From Blepharisma stoltei ATCC 30299 (lineage: Eukaryota; Protista; Ciliophora): a stretch of DNA of 64,000 nt. This document shows positions 46,293 through 60,600 of this stretch, in pieces (the first letter of the stretch is position 1; every line of letters begins with the position of its first letter). Where the stretch lies: contig CBFDEM010000020.1 in assembly GCA_965603825.1 (NCBI GenBank), positions 434,001 to 498,000 on the forward strand, in the 5' to 3' direction. The translations under genes and the position numbers were made by a program. The notes below the pieces were generated by a model. The model was not told the origin of the DNA and did no database searches. It was given only the letters and a program-made list of their open reading frames with translations.

Positions 46293-49200
46293 TTAATTTA
46301 AAGAGAATGTGTAATGCTTTGCATTTTCTCTCATCAAATGCACATTTTTTCCATCTTCAGTCCAGCTTAGCGTAATCGTATCCAGAAATTCCCGATATGT
46401 GACTACAACAGGGTCGATTTCTGGGAGTATTATAATACGATTTGCTCTTATTTCTCCTCCCATAAAGCCTAAAAATCCTCCATCTAATTTTCATATCCTT
46501 ATTGAAAAATCTTGATAGCTATAAGAAGCCAGTGTGCTTCCACTTGGGTTGAATTCCAAAGCAGATATTGATGAATCATGGCCAAACAGCTCTTTAGTCT
46601 TGGTAGCTGTTTTAAGATCATAAATCATAATGCTGCTCTCAACAGTTCCAATGGCAAATTTTTGTTTTTCTTGGTTGTAAGCTACCATTGGCAAAGAAAT
46701 CACGAGCTTTTGCAAGCAATCAACAGCTTTTTCGATGCAATTTTTCCTTATACCGGAGGTTGAGGGGTCTAAACATGCTAGTAGCACATTCATGACGTTT
46801 GGAAGAACCATTGAGATTTCATCATATCTTTTTTCAATAAATGTAGACAGGGCTGATAAGCAGTTGGCTGAATAAATTTTGTCTGAAGATTTTTTGGTGC
46901 CATTATAAATGCAGTCTAGAAATACTTGAATTTCGCAAGAAGCAAGTCTCAGGATTGCTTTATAAAGGGTTTTCTTTATAAGAGGATCAGGACTGCAGCT
47001 ATGAGTTAGCAATTCATTTATAATATCTTCAAGTTTATTTTCTACAAGATCTTGCTTTCATTGCTGCATCCCTTTACCTAAGAGCTCAGCAGCTATTGTT
47101 ATATTCCCTTGCATCCCAGTTTTTAGCATGCATCTATAGACAGTCACCAATTTATCTGTTGTCTCTGAATTAATATGATCTGAATTTATAGAGATATATC
47201 CTAAATATGTGACTATTAAGCTTTCCACAAATGGAATATATGTTCTCTGCTCTTTTTGAGGCATAAAGCAATTTATATTAGGAACAGAGCTTAGCTTCTT
47301 CGAAGGAGACCTACATTTCACAGGTTTTGACAGAAAAACTGATAAAAGAACTTCAAAACAGCTTTTCTTAGTGTCAGGGTCCAAAATTTTCATGAAAAAA
47401 TCTTGCAAATGCTTGGACGGCCTATTGTCTGATAAAGAATGCAGTATAAAGAACGTTAGATCTGGGAATTTGAACTTATAATTTCTCATGTATGACTCGG
47501 CAATTTTCTTAATTGCAGCTTTCAAGTTTACCTCTATAGAGCTTAAAGCTACCAGTAAAGACAAATTCGCAGTCATTAATTGAGCTGAAAGGTAGCCAGA
47601 GATTTCATAATTGCTCTTCTCTTTCGGCAATGTAAACGATAAAGCATGATTCAGCCCAATCGCCCCAATTCCTGCGCAGACTCTGGGCTCACTGAGTTTC
47701 ATCAAAGATTTCAAGTTTTCCACAATTTTTATCTGTGTTGCAAACTCTTCATTTCAATACCCTAGCAACCCCATCACATATTCCATATAAGGCAGCGCAA
47801 TTAATTTTTTTTCAACTCTTTTTTCGATGCTTTCTATATTCAAAAACAAAACTTGGTACTCCCTTCCTCCAATCCATATATTTCTAATTACGAAAGGATC
47901 AGAATATTTAGAGACATAATTTTGCCTTAAATTGTAGTGGATAATTTGATGGTATTGCGAAAGACCTAAATCAGTGCTCTCGTATGAAATGTGCAAGGTT
48001 GCTTGTCTTTTGGATTTCCTGAAAATTTTATGGGCTTCGTCTTTTGAGATGATTCTTTCTAAAGCCTGCATGATCATGTTGAAAAGATAGATGTAGCCAT
48101 CATCGCATTTAACCAGGAGGTATTCTAAGCCTACGTGAACTTCTGCTTCTTTTATTCTGGAGCTGAGAGCTTGGAAATAGCATAAAGATGCTTTGTTGGC
48201 TAAAGTGATAAGTAAAATTGACCCATCTTCGCACTGAGCTAATAAAGTTTGCTCCCACCTTTCTTTGCTGAACTTAAGACCTTCTTCATTTCCAGCAGCC
48301 ATAGTTTCTTTTAAGCAGGAAACTGGGATTAAGGTCTTGACTGGGCTGCATCAGACATTTAAGGTCTGCAAAGGCTCAGTTATTACTGTATTTCGGTCAA
48401 TTGCTTTCACATATGCTCGAAAGTTTCATAAGCAAAGAACGTTATCTGAGCTACAACTGATGAATTTTTCTCTGTTTAAATAGACACAAGTAATAGGTGA
48501 TTTGTGATAGCTATATATGAAAATTGAATGGCCCAATGTGGTTGGTGTTACTAATATTCTTCCCAAAGTAGTGCCAATGATATAAAATGGGAGATACTCA
48601 TAAGCTACTAAGGCTGAAACAGTAATTTCTTCTCCAGGCTTTAAATATGTTTCAAAGCTGTAATCTGCATAGCAATAAATATCGTGCTTTTTCGTTGAAA
48701 ATTCAGAAATATTTTGCAAAGTATATTTTTCTTCATCCAGCACGTTGGTAATAAAAATTTTCGAGTTATGAACAGATATGATATCATCCTTGAAAAATTT
48801 TGTGAGGGTTACCGGGATTTTAGCGTCTATAGAAATATGGTCTAACTCAAATTGATAAGTCTTTTTGGTTAGAGGTTGACCAGAAAACTTAGTATTTATT
48901 TTTGTGACTTCAATAGTGTTTAAAATTTCATCAACATCATATTTATAAACTTCCCCATTATCCAATAACACATAAAAAAATTCGCAGTCGAGCTTGGCGT
49001 CAATAATTTTGCTGTTCACATCTAAAATTGCTTCATGTGGAAAAGGCAAATCAAACCAAGAATAATGAATGAACCACACGTAATACTCGTACACAACTGC
49101 TAAAAGTCCAGCGTCACTTGAAGATTTCATCAATGACGGCATTTCTTCCTTCAGCTGAAAATTCTGCCATGGATCAGGATTAATCTGAGGCAAATTATCT

Positions 49201-49793
49201 CTATCATAGTAATAATCTTTTAAGTCAGGTATTGTCCAAACATCGAGTTCTCCTGTTGCATCTAGCGATAACAAATTAAGATTATTGCTAAAGTATGCGG
49301 TTTCAATATAAACCACCTCTCCTGGCATTGAAAAGTATGCAATTCTCTCCATTGCCCATGTATCTATGAAATAAATATCAGAGGATTCCCCAGAAATTGC
49401 GACAAACCTGTCCTGGATTTTAAGCATTTTGTTTAGCATCACATGCTCTGGAAGTATGGCGGATTCTGAAATGCTCATGCATCTTCCATCGTTTAGGTCC
49501 CAGCATCGTAATCGATTGTCTTGATGTAGAGAGATTAGCCAAATAGTGCTTCCAATTAACTCTGGGCACGGTGCTTTGATAAATTCGAGTGCTCGGCATA
49601 CAGATTCAATACCTATTGTGCATATTATTTCTGGAGAGTATTGGTTGCTGCTTGGTCTTCAAATGCAGATATCGCCTGTCTCACTGCCTGTGCAAATTAG
49701 ATTATCGTGGCATGCAAGAGATGAGAAATTATGGGTTAATTCTTGTCCTTTCTTGTTCCAAAAGATAAAAGGGATTTGTAGCGAGCAGTTCAT
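46293..49793 (-). CDS. WDR7/WDR72 (rabconnectin-3 beta)-like WD40 protein
   Basis: N-terminus LQIPFIFWNKK..THNFSSL...ICTGSETGDICIW; C-terminus LACLDPS...RKNC...LPMVAYN...IYDLKTA...GHDSSISALEFNPSGSTLASYS. Single frame with many TGA=W at WD positions. Confidence 0.85.
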
Positions 49794-50184
49794 ATTTCTT
49801 TTTATAAAATACTTATGGTTTGATAATAATGGTGAATCATATCAATAGATAAATGCATAATTTTATTATTTTTATAAGCGAAAATATCTTTGAGTTTTTG
49901 AACAAATAATTCTATAATTTTTCAGAGATTTTGATATTGAAAATTAAATGCTATTATCAAGCCATAAAGTAAACCTATTAATTCTTGAGTAAATTTCGAT
50001 TATATTGTGAAGCTTAATGCTAAACTACAGTATTTCTGCTAATTATAAATTATTGCTAATATCTTTCTCAACACTCTTTTCTTCATTGAAAAATTCGCTA
50101 TTTACTTAAAAAATACTAAAAAATTATTGCAATTAAGATCACCTAGATGAATGAACGATTAATATTCTGGATAAGAATAATAAA

Positions 50185-50454
50185 ATGGCAGAGAGGCGTG
50201 CAGTGATAAAGAATGCTGATATGTCTGAAGAGATGCAGCAAGATGCTGTTGATTGTGCAAATCAGGCTATGGAAAGATTTAACATCGAAAAAGACATCGC
50301 AGCCTACATCAAAAAAGAGTTTGACAAGAAATACAACCCAACCTGGCATTGCATTGTTGGAAGAAACTTCGGCAGTTATGTTACTCACGAAACAAGACAC
50401 TTTATTTACTTCTACTTGGGACAGGTCGCGATTTTACTCTTTAAATCTGGCTAA
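50185..50454 (+). CDS. DYNLL1: Dynein light chain LC8
   Basis: Near-canonical LC8: [16 protein letters not shown]...[54 protein letters not shown]. Confidence 0.98.
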   Translation: MAERRAVIKNADMSEEMQQDAVDCANQAMERFNIEKDIAAYIKKEFDKKYNPTWHCIVGRNFGSYVTHETRHFIYFYLGQVAILLFKSG

Positions 50455-50586
50455 GCTAAACAAAATTAATATTTTTTAGAGAGAATTAACCTGAAATTTC
50501 CTATTAAACCTAAATAACTGTTCTATTTCTAGAAAACTGCTGATGTTTATTTTCTAAAGATGCTTTTAATTAATAAAACTAACTAT

Positions 50587-52620
50587 TTAGCGCTTTACAG
50601 CATCCATGCTCTCCATTTTAGCGATCATTATGAGGACTTCTTCCAGCTCTTGGTCCTCTTTTTCTTCAGTTTGGATGATGTTAAAGTCTGCTTGGTTTTT
50701 TTGTGTGTTTCCCCATTTATTCAATTTAAATGGGCTGACTTTTTCTTCATGTTGAACGATTTCGAGATTAGGCTTATGGCAGTCGATACTTCCCCATGGC
50801 TGCATCTTGGATTTAGGAGGCGGGATATAGTCTAATGGCTTGGCTTTAAAAAAAGTATCGGTGTCTGCCCTTTTTCTTTTCTCTTGAGGCTGGATTTGTG
50901 GGAAAGGGATTTTTTGTTGGATTTCATCATTGCCGGAAAATGCTCTAATTTTAGACTTAGGCTTTTTCTTTTTTTTAGTGCTTTTAGCTGTATCAAGGAG
51001 CTGGATAGAAATAAAATCACCTTTTGTAATAAATTGTTGGATTCCTTCAAGAAGATGAGGCTTGATTGCCAAAAAATAATCAATATTAGCAGGAGTTAAA
51101 TAAAGACTCTATATAAAATTTACAAGATTTGTGGCGATGAATTTTTCACTTATTAGCTTGAGATTGCTACAGCTAAAAATATCTGAGTATAATAAGAGCT
51201 CTGGAGCTGTACTAATATTCTAAATCATTAATACCAAAATTTCAATTATTTTTTCTTCAGCTATATCAAATAAGCTTGGCATACTTGTGTGGGGATTTGG
51301 TTTTTTTTCTGGGATAGTAGTTCCTATGATTGCAAAATAGTGATTTTGCTGAAACGAAGCCTTGACACATCCTCTTAGCAAAGGACATTTCTCAACTCCG
51401 CTTGGCAACAATAAACAGAGATTTCGCTTTATATCAACAGCAGTTGCGATTTTCCCACTAAAAATAGATTTAATTTCATATGCAAATTCCTTTAACTTGT
51501 AATGTGTTCTGCTATTAATTTCTGAGTTTTGTAGCCAATGCAATATATAAAAGCTGGTCAGGACATAGACTGCATGCTGCGAGATAGCTAATGATTTTAC
51601 AGTTCCAGATGCCCCACCTGGGAGATGCAGTTGTAGGATTTTTCCTGATTCATTAGATCTTGCTATGCATTCTGAGCTCATTTGAATGCATGAAACATCT
51701 TCTCCAAGCTCAAAATCCACAATAGTATCATCTCTCGATTGTATTAAATTCAATGGATTAACTTGAATTATATTTTCTCCATTCTTTTTAAGGAATAATT
51801 GATATGCTGAGTCGTCTCCTCATAAATAAAGGTCTCCATTCTTATTCATAGCCCCACAATGATTTTTCCCAGATTTTATTTTCACAATAAAAAATTTTTT
51901 CAATGCAGTTAATATTGTTGGGCTGACGATATACTCTACCCCTGGAATCCCCAATTGGCCAAATTTATTATCGCCCCACACAAAAATATCACCTTCATTG
52001 TTTAGCTACATTAACTTTACACATAAAGTATGGCTAACTCCTATTGCGATTTGTATAATTGATGTAACCGGGACAAGAGTAGGATTAACATAAGTTTGCT
52101 CATTGCCTAACCCTAAAATTCCTTTTCTCCCTGATCCAAAAGTCCAGACATTCCCTGCGTCAGTAAGACAAATTGAATGATATTTTTGTGCTTCAATATC
52201 AACAATATTTCTGCTTGGGACTTACATAGGAGGAAGATGTGATGGGCTAAACTCAAGTTTTTTGGGGTTTATTTGCTTTTCTTTAGCATATCCCAATTGA
52301 TAGTCTGGGCCAGCTCCTCAGCTGTAAAGCTGGCCTAGATTTGGAGATTCATTTATAGGAAGAAGATCACAAGGTCTGTTTAAACTGCTATCGAGTCCAG
52401 TTAGAAGAATATGGGACTTTTTAGACCTTTGCAGTATATAATGGATTCATTGTAGTTCCCTAAGCTGGCAAGCATAATGCAATATATTTCATTGTCTGGT
52501 TGGCGATTTTTCTATTAAATCCTCAGGAAAAAGATTCAAGGCTTCAAGATTTTTGGACTCAAGGGCTGCATAGCAAGTACATTGGAAAAGGGACTTTATA
52601 TTAAAATTCTTGACATCCAT
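50587..52620 (-). CDS. Ankyrin + RCC1-repeat + BACK-like protein (IBTK-like)
   Basis: WNILHYAC (ankyrin); LYSWGAGPDYQLG, GNVWTFGSGRKGILGLG and GDIFVWGDNKFGQLG (RCC1 repeats); BACK-like helical segment. Four stop-containing 15-nt introns: 52211-52225, 52006-52020, 51220-51234, 51109-51123. Confidence 0.78.
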
Positions 52621-52713
52621 ATGAATATTATTTTACATGTATTTCAGCATATAATTTACCTAAATCTCCTAAAAGCAAGCTTCTTATGCACAAAATTTAA
52701 ATATTTCTCATAA

Positions 52714-53307
52714 ATGAGGCCAACTGATTTGCATTTTCGAAGCCCAAAAGAGCGCACCCCAGATCATTACAACCCAAATCTCACATATGACGGCAGAAGT
52801 CTCTCAATTCCATCCAGATCAAGAAAGCAGCTTTTTGCAAAAAGTAAAAGATTCGGCCAATATGATTTTGAGTACTCAAAGACTGATCCTTGCGTTGGTC
52901 CTGGCTCTTATCTTTCTTCTACAACAAGAAATAGAGTAAAAGGTGTAGTTCAAATAAAGCCTTTAATTGTTATGAGAAATACAATAAGTAACGGATTTAC
53001 ATACGTTGGTAACACATTAGTGTACGACCCTCTCCTCCTCTCAAAAAAACAAAGAAAACTGGACCAATCCTTCCTCAACGACTCAACAAGATCGACAGTC
53101 GCATCATTCAAAGCTTTATCCCACAAATCTTCTCCGAGAGACCCTCAAAGTGCTTCTCCTTTAAAAGCATCCCTAAGAAATTATTCTCCCCAAAGAAAAA
53201 AGCAAAAAAGCCTAGTAAAAAGCAATTTAAAGACAATAGAAAAAGTGCTGAACGAAATAGAAAAAAAAGAAAGGGTGGAAAGAAGCAAAACGCTGGGATT
53301 ATTGTAA
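52714..53307 (+). CDS. Basic hypothetical protein with SHIPPO/STPG-like repeat
   Basis: Intact 197-aa ORF with TPDHYNP...FAKSKRF...VGPGSY. Confidence 0.65.
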   Translation: MRPTDLHFRSPKERTPDHYNPNLTYDGRSLSIPSRSRKQLFAKSKRFGQYDFEYSKTDPCVGPGSYLSSTTRNRVKGVVQIKPLIVMRNTISNGFTYVGNTLVYDPLLLSKKQRKLDQSFLNDSTRSTVASFKALSHKSSPRDPQSASPLKASLRNYSPQRKKQKSLVKSNLKTIEKVLNEIEKKERVERSKTLGLL

Positions 53308-53358
53308 TGCAATATAATTAAAAGGAATTTAATTTTCAAATCAATCTTTTATAAGCAT

Positions 53359-54450
53359 TTATTTTGGCTGCTGCATGAAAGGAGAGTAATAGTAGGGATT
53401 TGCAGTGTAAAACTGGTTCATTGCAGGCATGTAGTAGTTTCCAGGCATTCCAGTATTGAACTGCATCGCTTGAGGAGGCATGGCAGGATAATTCATAGTC
53501 GGGTTCATTGAAGGATTTTGTGGGAAACCTTGACCACCTGCATTTGTAGTGTTTGGTGGGGCATCGAAAACATCAAACGGGTTTGATGACTGAGGAAAGT
53601 CTGGTAAAGCTGCTGGCTTAGGTGCAGGTGGCTTGGATGCTTGATTTGGTATTGAAGGATTTTCAAATAAGTCTCCATGAATTTCTGTTCGAGTTTGCTT
53701 AATTTCAGGAGCGGTAAAAATGTTTTGGCTTGCCGGAGGAGGCTGATTTATTGCTTGAGATTTAGGAGCCTGTCTTTTTGGCTCAGGAGGTCTAATACCT
53801 ATTGGTTTGGGTTTTTGCTCATTAGCTGGAGCTTCTAGAGTTCCCCATTGATCATATTTATGTATTGGCTTCAATTCTTGCTCTCTTGCGTTTTCTCCAT
53901 CATTTTCATAATAAGGCTCTTCAAAACATTCGTCAAATGGATTGCTTGGGACTGCTTTTGAAGGATTAAATTGAGTTGGCGGGTATTCGTGCTTTTCTTC
54001 CTTCTCTGAATACTCAGGAGCTTGTCCGAAATTTTCGTTTCTTTCAAAGCCTCCAGGACCAAATCCTCCATCCTCATTGTTGCTAAAATTATCATCAATA
54101 TACTTCTTCTCATATCCAAACTCTGCTTGATTTTTTGCTTGCAAGAACATGTGCTCAAAAGATACTGAATCGACCCTAAGATCATATGAGTCGCCTTGCT
54201 GGATGACATTTAAATTATGATCCTTTCATACGAACGGATACTGAAGCATCCCTACACTTTTGCTGCTTTGATGCCGAATATCACCATTAACTACAATTTT
54301 TCTTTTACCTGAAATCTTTGAGATATAGAGATCAACTTGGATTTGGTCTCCTTCGATTTCAAGTCTCCATGAATGCCTTTTTTTGGAAGATTTGAACCTT
54401 TTCCCCACTCCTTGTTTGTCGTAGCTGATCACTTTTACACCTTTTGGCAT
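53359..54450 (-). CDS. FAIM-like N-terminal beta domain plus Pro-rich tail with NPF motifs
   Basis: HSWRLEIEGDQIQVDLYISKISGKRKIVVNGD resembles FAIM1; joined through TGA at 54226; two SNPFD motifs; M/P/Y/N-rich C-terminus. Confidence 0.7.
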
Positions 54451-54647
54451 ATTTAATTATTAAGTTTCTGATGGAGTTTGAAATGGTAACTTATATAAAA
54501 AATAAGAAAATTTATAAGGAATTAGTAATGAGGAAATGAGAAAGAACCCTGCAAATTTTCAAAAATGAAACTTACGATATAGAAAAATAATGAAATAATT
54601 AGTTTTAATGATTAAAAATATAAGATGATAAGGAATTGCAGATTTTA

Positions 54648-57600
54648 TTAATCCGTTTTATTTTTGAGAGAACTTCGTCCGGTAACCATTTTGATTATTT
54701 CCGGTGACCTCAATATATCCATAAGCTCAAAATAAAGCTCTTCCTCTCTCAACAAATCTCCAGTCATTCTGCTGACATAAATGCCTGTACAAAGATTAAT
54801 CAGAGGATCTGGATTTGGCATTTCCGTCATTTGGATGTTATAAGCCCCACCAATGACTACTATCCTCAGCAGCCTTCCGACTAGATAGACGACAGATATA
54901 TAAAATGTTATGACCGAAAAATTAAATGTCACAGGGCTGTAATTATAAGAAATTACATAAAAATGCATCTGCTCCAAGATAGAGCCTTTAAGGGAATTAA
55001 CCTGTCAATACCCTCCTCCTCCATCATTGACTAGGGTTAATACTACTCCCATCATATAATCTGTATCTGAAGCAAGTGTAGGGACTAGTGGGGAACCTGA
55101 GCTGGGGATTTTTATAACTTGTGAAAAGCAGTTATCACATTGAAAAGTAGAGGCAGTTTGCTTACAAATTATATTATTCATATCAGACACATGCTCAGGG
55201 GATAATCTTGTTTTCTCGTTTTTTTGAGAATTTGTTTGGATTTCTGGGTAGTCTCTATTGAAGGAGTAGGTCATCTGTAAGTAATAAGCCTTATTTGTGC
55301 TGTTAGAGGCTAAGCCAGAGCATAAAGCAGATTTACTGGATGGTGAAATACTTCAAATATCATCAGGATTTGGGTCCAGAACAACAGATTGCATAAGCTC
55401 TCTATCAGAAGCTTGAATTTTCCCGAAGTTGTCGAATTTCATGTTGTTTCATTCTTTTTCTGAAATTTTGCTGATTGATGATACTTGCGACCCTTTAAAG
55501 AATTGATAATAATTCCCAATATCGGTTTTAAGCCCAATTTCAATTGTAATTGCTTTTACAGGATTTGTATCAATAATCGGGTTTAAACTGCTGAAAATGA
55601 TCAAAGGTGCTAAAATGCATAGTAAAATAAATAGCAATATGCAAGCACCCATAAAGGTTTTTTCAACTTTGCTGATTTTTTGTCCAGGCTTTCTTTTCTT
55701 TTGGTCTTCTTCATCACATTTATTAATATACAGTCTTGCATAAATATCTTCAAATTTAAACCACTGAAATAAACTTAATGATGTGGTTGTAAAAGTCCAA
55801 TCAATCAATGTCCTCAGCTCAAAAAGAAACGGCAAACCTCTATAGATTTGGAAGAAAACAAGAGCAGTCATACTACTGCTTTTCATCAATGGAAATGCTC
55901 CAGTTCTAAAAATAGGAAGTCCAAGCTGCAGCTGCACAGCTATAATAGTGAAATAGCACATATAAATGATATAGAACCACTGCAATGATGAGTTAATCTG
56001 AAAGTTATTGCATCTGGACTCATCAAATAAATGCTCACAGTAAGAAGTGCCAGACATATCAATGTTCCCATTTATTGGAAAATACCAAAAGACGATTAAA
56101 TGAACTGCAAGGAGGAGAGTTAAGTGCAAAATCAAAGCTGTGACGAGCTGCCAATTCCAGTTGATTTTCTTATGAAATTCTTGAGGTTTTGATTCAAGTT
56201 GGGCTGTCTGTGATGTCCTTTCTAAATAAAGATAACGCTCCATCAGCATTACAAAGATATGAAAAATCAGCGCGATAACCATATGCCCAGGAAACTGGTT
56301 TGCTCTATATAAAAATTACTGGAATGAGTTTGAAATATTTTGCGAATCTCCACTCATTTTTGAAAAGAAGCAAAAAAGATAAATTAAAATCAAAAACTGA
56401 ATCAAGATAATTGATGTATACATGTCCTTCCCTGGCTTTTCTTCCTTGCATGAAGGCAAAAGCCGTTGAAATAGTGCTTTAACTCTTCCTGTGCAAGTTA
56501 GCTTTGGCCTTGGATTGAATTCAGACCATTCTTCTCTAGAGCTTAAAGCAGAACTCACAATACTTTCTCCTTCTGGATTTCTCATATAAGCTTCTTCAAG
56601 AGTTTCTAGCTCAAACTCTGTATATTCATGCAAGCCAACTTTTAAAAGGTAAAATTGGTGTATCAACAAAATAAGCATACACAAAGCATCCCAAAGGACA
56701 TAATCCACTAAATTATTACTATATGTGTTTTCTGCCAAATTAAACCCTATTTTTCCTGAATCTGTATACCCAGTCAGAAAATTATTTTGAAATATCAATT
56801 CTCAAACATTCAGTTGCAGGCTGTACTTAATGAAAAATATTACCTCAGAATATAGCTGCATTATTAGAAAATACTGTGCAGGAGGTCTTGGGTATTCTAA
56901 TAAAGCATAGCCGCATACTGAAATTGGATAAACCAAAGATTCAAGACTTGCATTGTAAAAGTGATTCAAGAAAAATATCAAATAAACTAACCCTTGTGTG
57001 TTGCTAGCAATAATGAATAAAATAATCAAAAAGTAATCTTTCACAGTCAGTGTAAATTCGCTTTGACTATCTTCTTCATTTTCTGGTTCTTTTTCAATGT
57101 TTCCAAAAGACAGGCTCTCTTCCATCTGCTCGTCCAGTTCCTCAATTTTTTCTTCTTCACTATTGAACTCAACAAAGGATTCTTTCTTTGGGTGTTTTAG
57201 CTTCTCAATGTATTTTCGATATAAAATTGGATTCATCTGTCTAATTAAAAATCTTTGAAATTTAGTCTTAAAGCTGTCTTCTTGAGGTGGAGGAGGTATT
57301 TTCAGAGTTTCTTGACGTTGCAGGAGAACAGTGGATTTTCTTGGCCTGAATATTGGGTGCCTGTCGTTTTCGTAAAAAACCCTGTTCCAGCTTTCAACAG
57401 TTCTATCAAGTCGCTTAACGCCGTGCTCAAAATGCTGCTGTTTGGTGCGGTAATAGACATTCTTTTTTATTCTGCCATTGTTAAAATGATGAGCCATGCC
57501 GATGCCAATGCATTTTGATTTTATTTTTAGCTTGATCCTTTGATCTTCCAAATAATTTTTAAACTCTTGGCTTTGCATGATGCGATAAGCAATTAGCAAG

Positions 57601-60600
57601 GCTCCGTATGCGTAAATTCTAAAATATACATCATATTGATTGCTGCTTATATCTGAAGGAGGGTTATTTTCTCCAGCGCTTCACAGCTGTACAAGGCCAA
57701 GAGCACTTAGCCAATCCTTTAATTCATGTGGATAGTATGATATTGCAGGAATTTGGTACAAAATTTGGCATGTAAACTCGATAGCCATCCACCTAATCAA
57801 ATAGTTTCTATAGAGTCTTATATAATTGTCAAGAGCTTCCTTGCTTTTTAATACATCATTTGCCCTCCATATAAAAGAAAGACAAACAAAGCAATATACA
57901 AGCGAAATAAGTCCAGTGCTTTTGCTAATGAACAGTAAACCCACACACAGTATGATATAATTAAAACTTGAATAAAATTTCTTTTTGAGGCTAAATAAAG
58001 TTTTTACAAGCTTTGACTGCTCCCCTTCTGGATTGATTTCAGTTACCTCATCTGCGTCTTCTTTAATTTTCGAAAAATATAAGAAATACACTTGGATTAG
58101 CAGCATCAGCAGTATTTCACAGATCAAGTCATAAACTTGGGCATGATTAGTCCCAAGGTTAAGAAACGTAGGATAGTCACTATTAGATCAGCTTATCGTC
58201 TTATATCATGGCACATTTAAGTATGTCTGCCCTCCATTGGGAAGCTTTCTAGGAGAATTCGAGTCGTCAAGGTTGCTCAAATAAATGGCATATTGCAGAA
58301 TAGTCATCGCAACTACTATATAGTTGCAAGATTTTACTCTTTTATTAGTTGATTGCATGCCAATAGTGCAAAGAACTGTGAAAACATAAACAATGCTTAC
58401 CACTGTAAGCTTTTTGAATGCTATTAATAGCAGAACTGCGGGTATTAAGGACTCAATAATGACTTTTACAAACTTTAGCAGCTCTATATGCATGTTATCA
58501 TTCGAAGTTGATTCTTGGATTCTTTCTTTGTGGGATTGGACATATTCGATACAATATCTTTCTATTATTAAGGTAATTACAAAGGACACGTACTCATAAT
58601 TTTCAAGAAGCAGCAAGTTGTTGTCTGGAGATTTGTTAAAGCCCAAAAAAAAATAAAGCCAAATAAGGACGTTGAAATTTTCTGTGTTGAAAAAAGACCT
58701 ACTTATAAGAAAGCATAAGTATGAAGCTATAAGACACAATATACTCCATATGTAAAGATAATTCCATAGGCTGCATCTATGCTTTATCTCAGCCTCAGCA
58801 TTTCTTTCTTTTCCTGATATAAATTCCCTTGTTAAAATAATAGCATAGTTCCCAATAGCCACAATATAAAAAAGCATGGATAATGATAATCTTGCATATA
58901 TTGAAATCAAAGAGGCAATCAAAATCATAAACAATGCGAAATGCTTTCCACAATACACGAGAAATAAAGCAGGGGCATTATTTATCCTTCCTTCATCTTT
59001 GTGAATTAATAGTGAAAATGTCCCAATATCATCTTGCACACATGAGTGCAATCTTTTGTAAATTCTAGAAAAAATGACCCCAACTACAACAAATAAGCAA
59101 TCACTTATCATACTTTGGTATAAATGAGTAGGACTGTACACTTGAATCCCCAGAATTTTCGATTCCCAGTAAGTAACATTGCTAAAGAACTCCATAAATT
59201 GAAATAAATATCTAAAAACCAGCAAAAATCCACTGTAGTAATTAAAGAGAAACCATCATCCATGAACTCTGGCTAAGTTTTGAGAAATAGTTTTTGATTT
59301 GTCTAATAAAAGCATGCACAAATAAATGCACATCAAAGTAAATCTAAAAAAATTAAAAACATTCAAATCAGATAGGAAAATGATGAGGAAAATTATTGAA
59401 AATGCTATGTATGTGTACAAATAGTTAACCCATTGGTTCAAAACCGATCCAACCCGAGTAATTATGGAGCTTCTATAGCTAGATGATCCAAAATTAAAAT
59501 TTTTAATAAAGGCCCTATAAGCATTTAGCTGCATAGCAGCTGATAAAAGTAGTAGTCATTCTAAATAATTATCAGGGAAAAATCCAAGTACTATATCTTT
59601 TGATGTGGGTAGTCCTATAATTTTGACAGAAAGCCAATTAAAATTAAAATTGCCAGATGCCATAATAAGGATTCAAATATACTTGACCAATAAAACAAGT
59701 TCTGTATATGCCACTAAATAAATCCAATATTTTTTGGAAATGGCTGAATTTAATATGAAAACCAAAAAGAAAAGCATATATCCCAAGTGCACAATGTTTA
59801 TTGCTGATAGTCCAATCACAAAAAGGACACATAGAGAAAATTTATTGGAGTTTTCTAGAAGTATTGATAGAGAAAGTCCAAGTGCTGTCACTTTTCTGCT
59901 GCTTCGCTCAAGCCCTTTTTTTCTGTCTGTCTCATATTTAATAACAATAAGCATAATAAATATAGTAAACAGTTGAAATGCAACATCAAGGGGCCCACTA
60001 ATTTTATGTCCTCCAAAAGCTTGATTAAGATTTATACCGATGATATTAACAATAAAGAATGTCAATAAATCGCATGATAAAATTGGTATAAGTGTAAAGC
60101 GAGTCACTTTGATAACTCTGCTGACGTCAAAATCAATCACAGAATAAAAAAGCCATAATAGCAAGCATATTCCTATCCAGCTCATAAAATAAAAAGCCCA
60201 TATAAATATAGAAAGTCTTCCAATTGTATAAAGGGCGTTAAATGAGATATAGTATCTATAAGTCGATCTTTTTTCTTTATGGACAATGGGCTCTTCTAAA
60301 TACTCAATGTTATTAGACTCCTTTACTTCGCAGTCACCTTCAACTGTATTTTGCATGCTCTCTGATGAATCATACCCAGATGATTGATATGTGATATGCA
60401 AGCGCCTGCAATAAGTGCTATAAAAAAATAGCAAGAGCATAAAAATAAAATTCATGGCATCTCGAATCTCGAAGCTTAAAATTCCAATTTTTTGGGCAAT
60501 TTTCATAGATAGGTAGTCATTTATTAAAAAATGATACCAATACATACATAAAAACTGGATTAAAGATATACATGATAGAATGAAACTTCCCGATTTAAAG

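Noticed and set aside
6236-50454. Functional cluster of ciliary genes (RABL2, TTLLs, centrin, LC8, AXDND1-like, MYCBPAP-like)
   Set aside because: They are interspersed with unrelated genes, and such genes are abundant in ciliate genomes; enrichment cannot be shown from one window.
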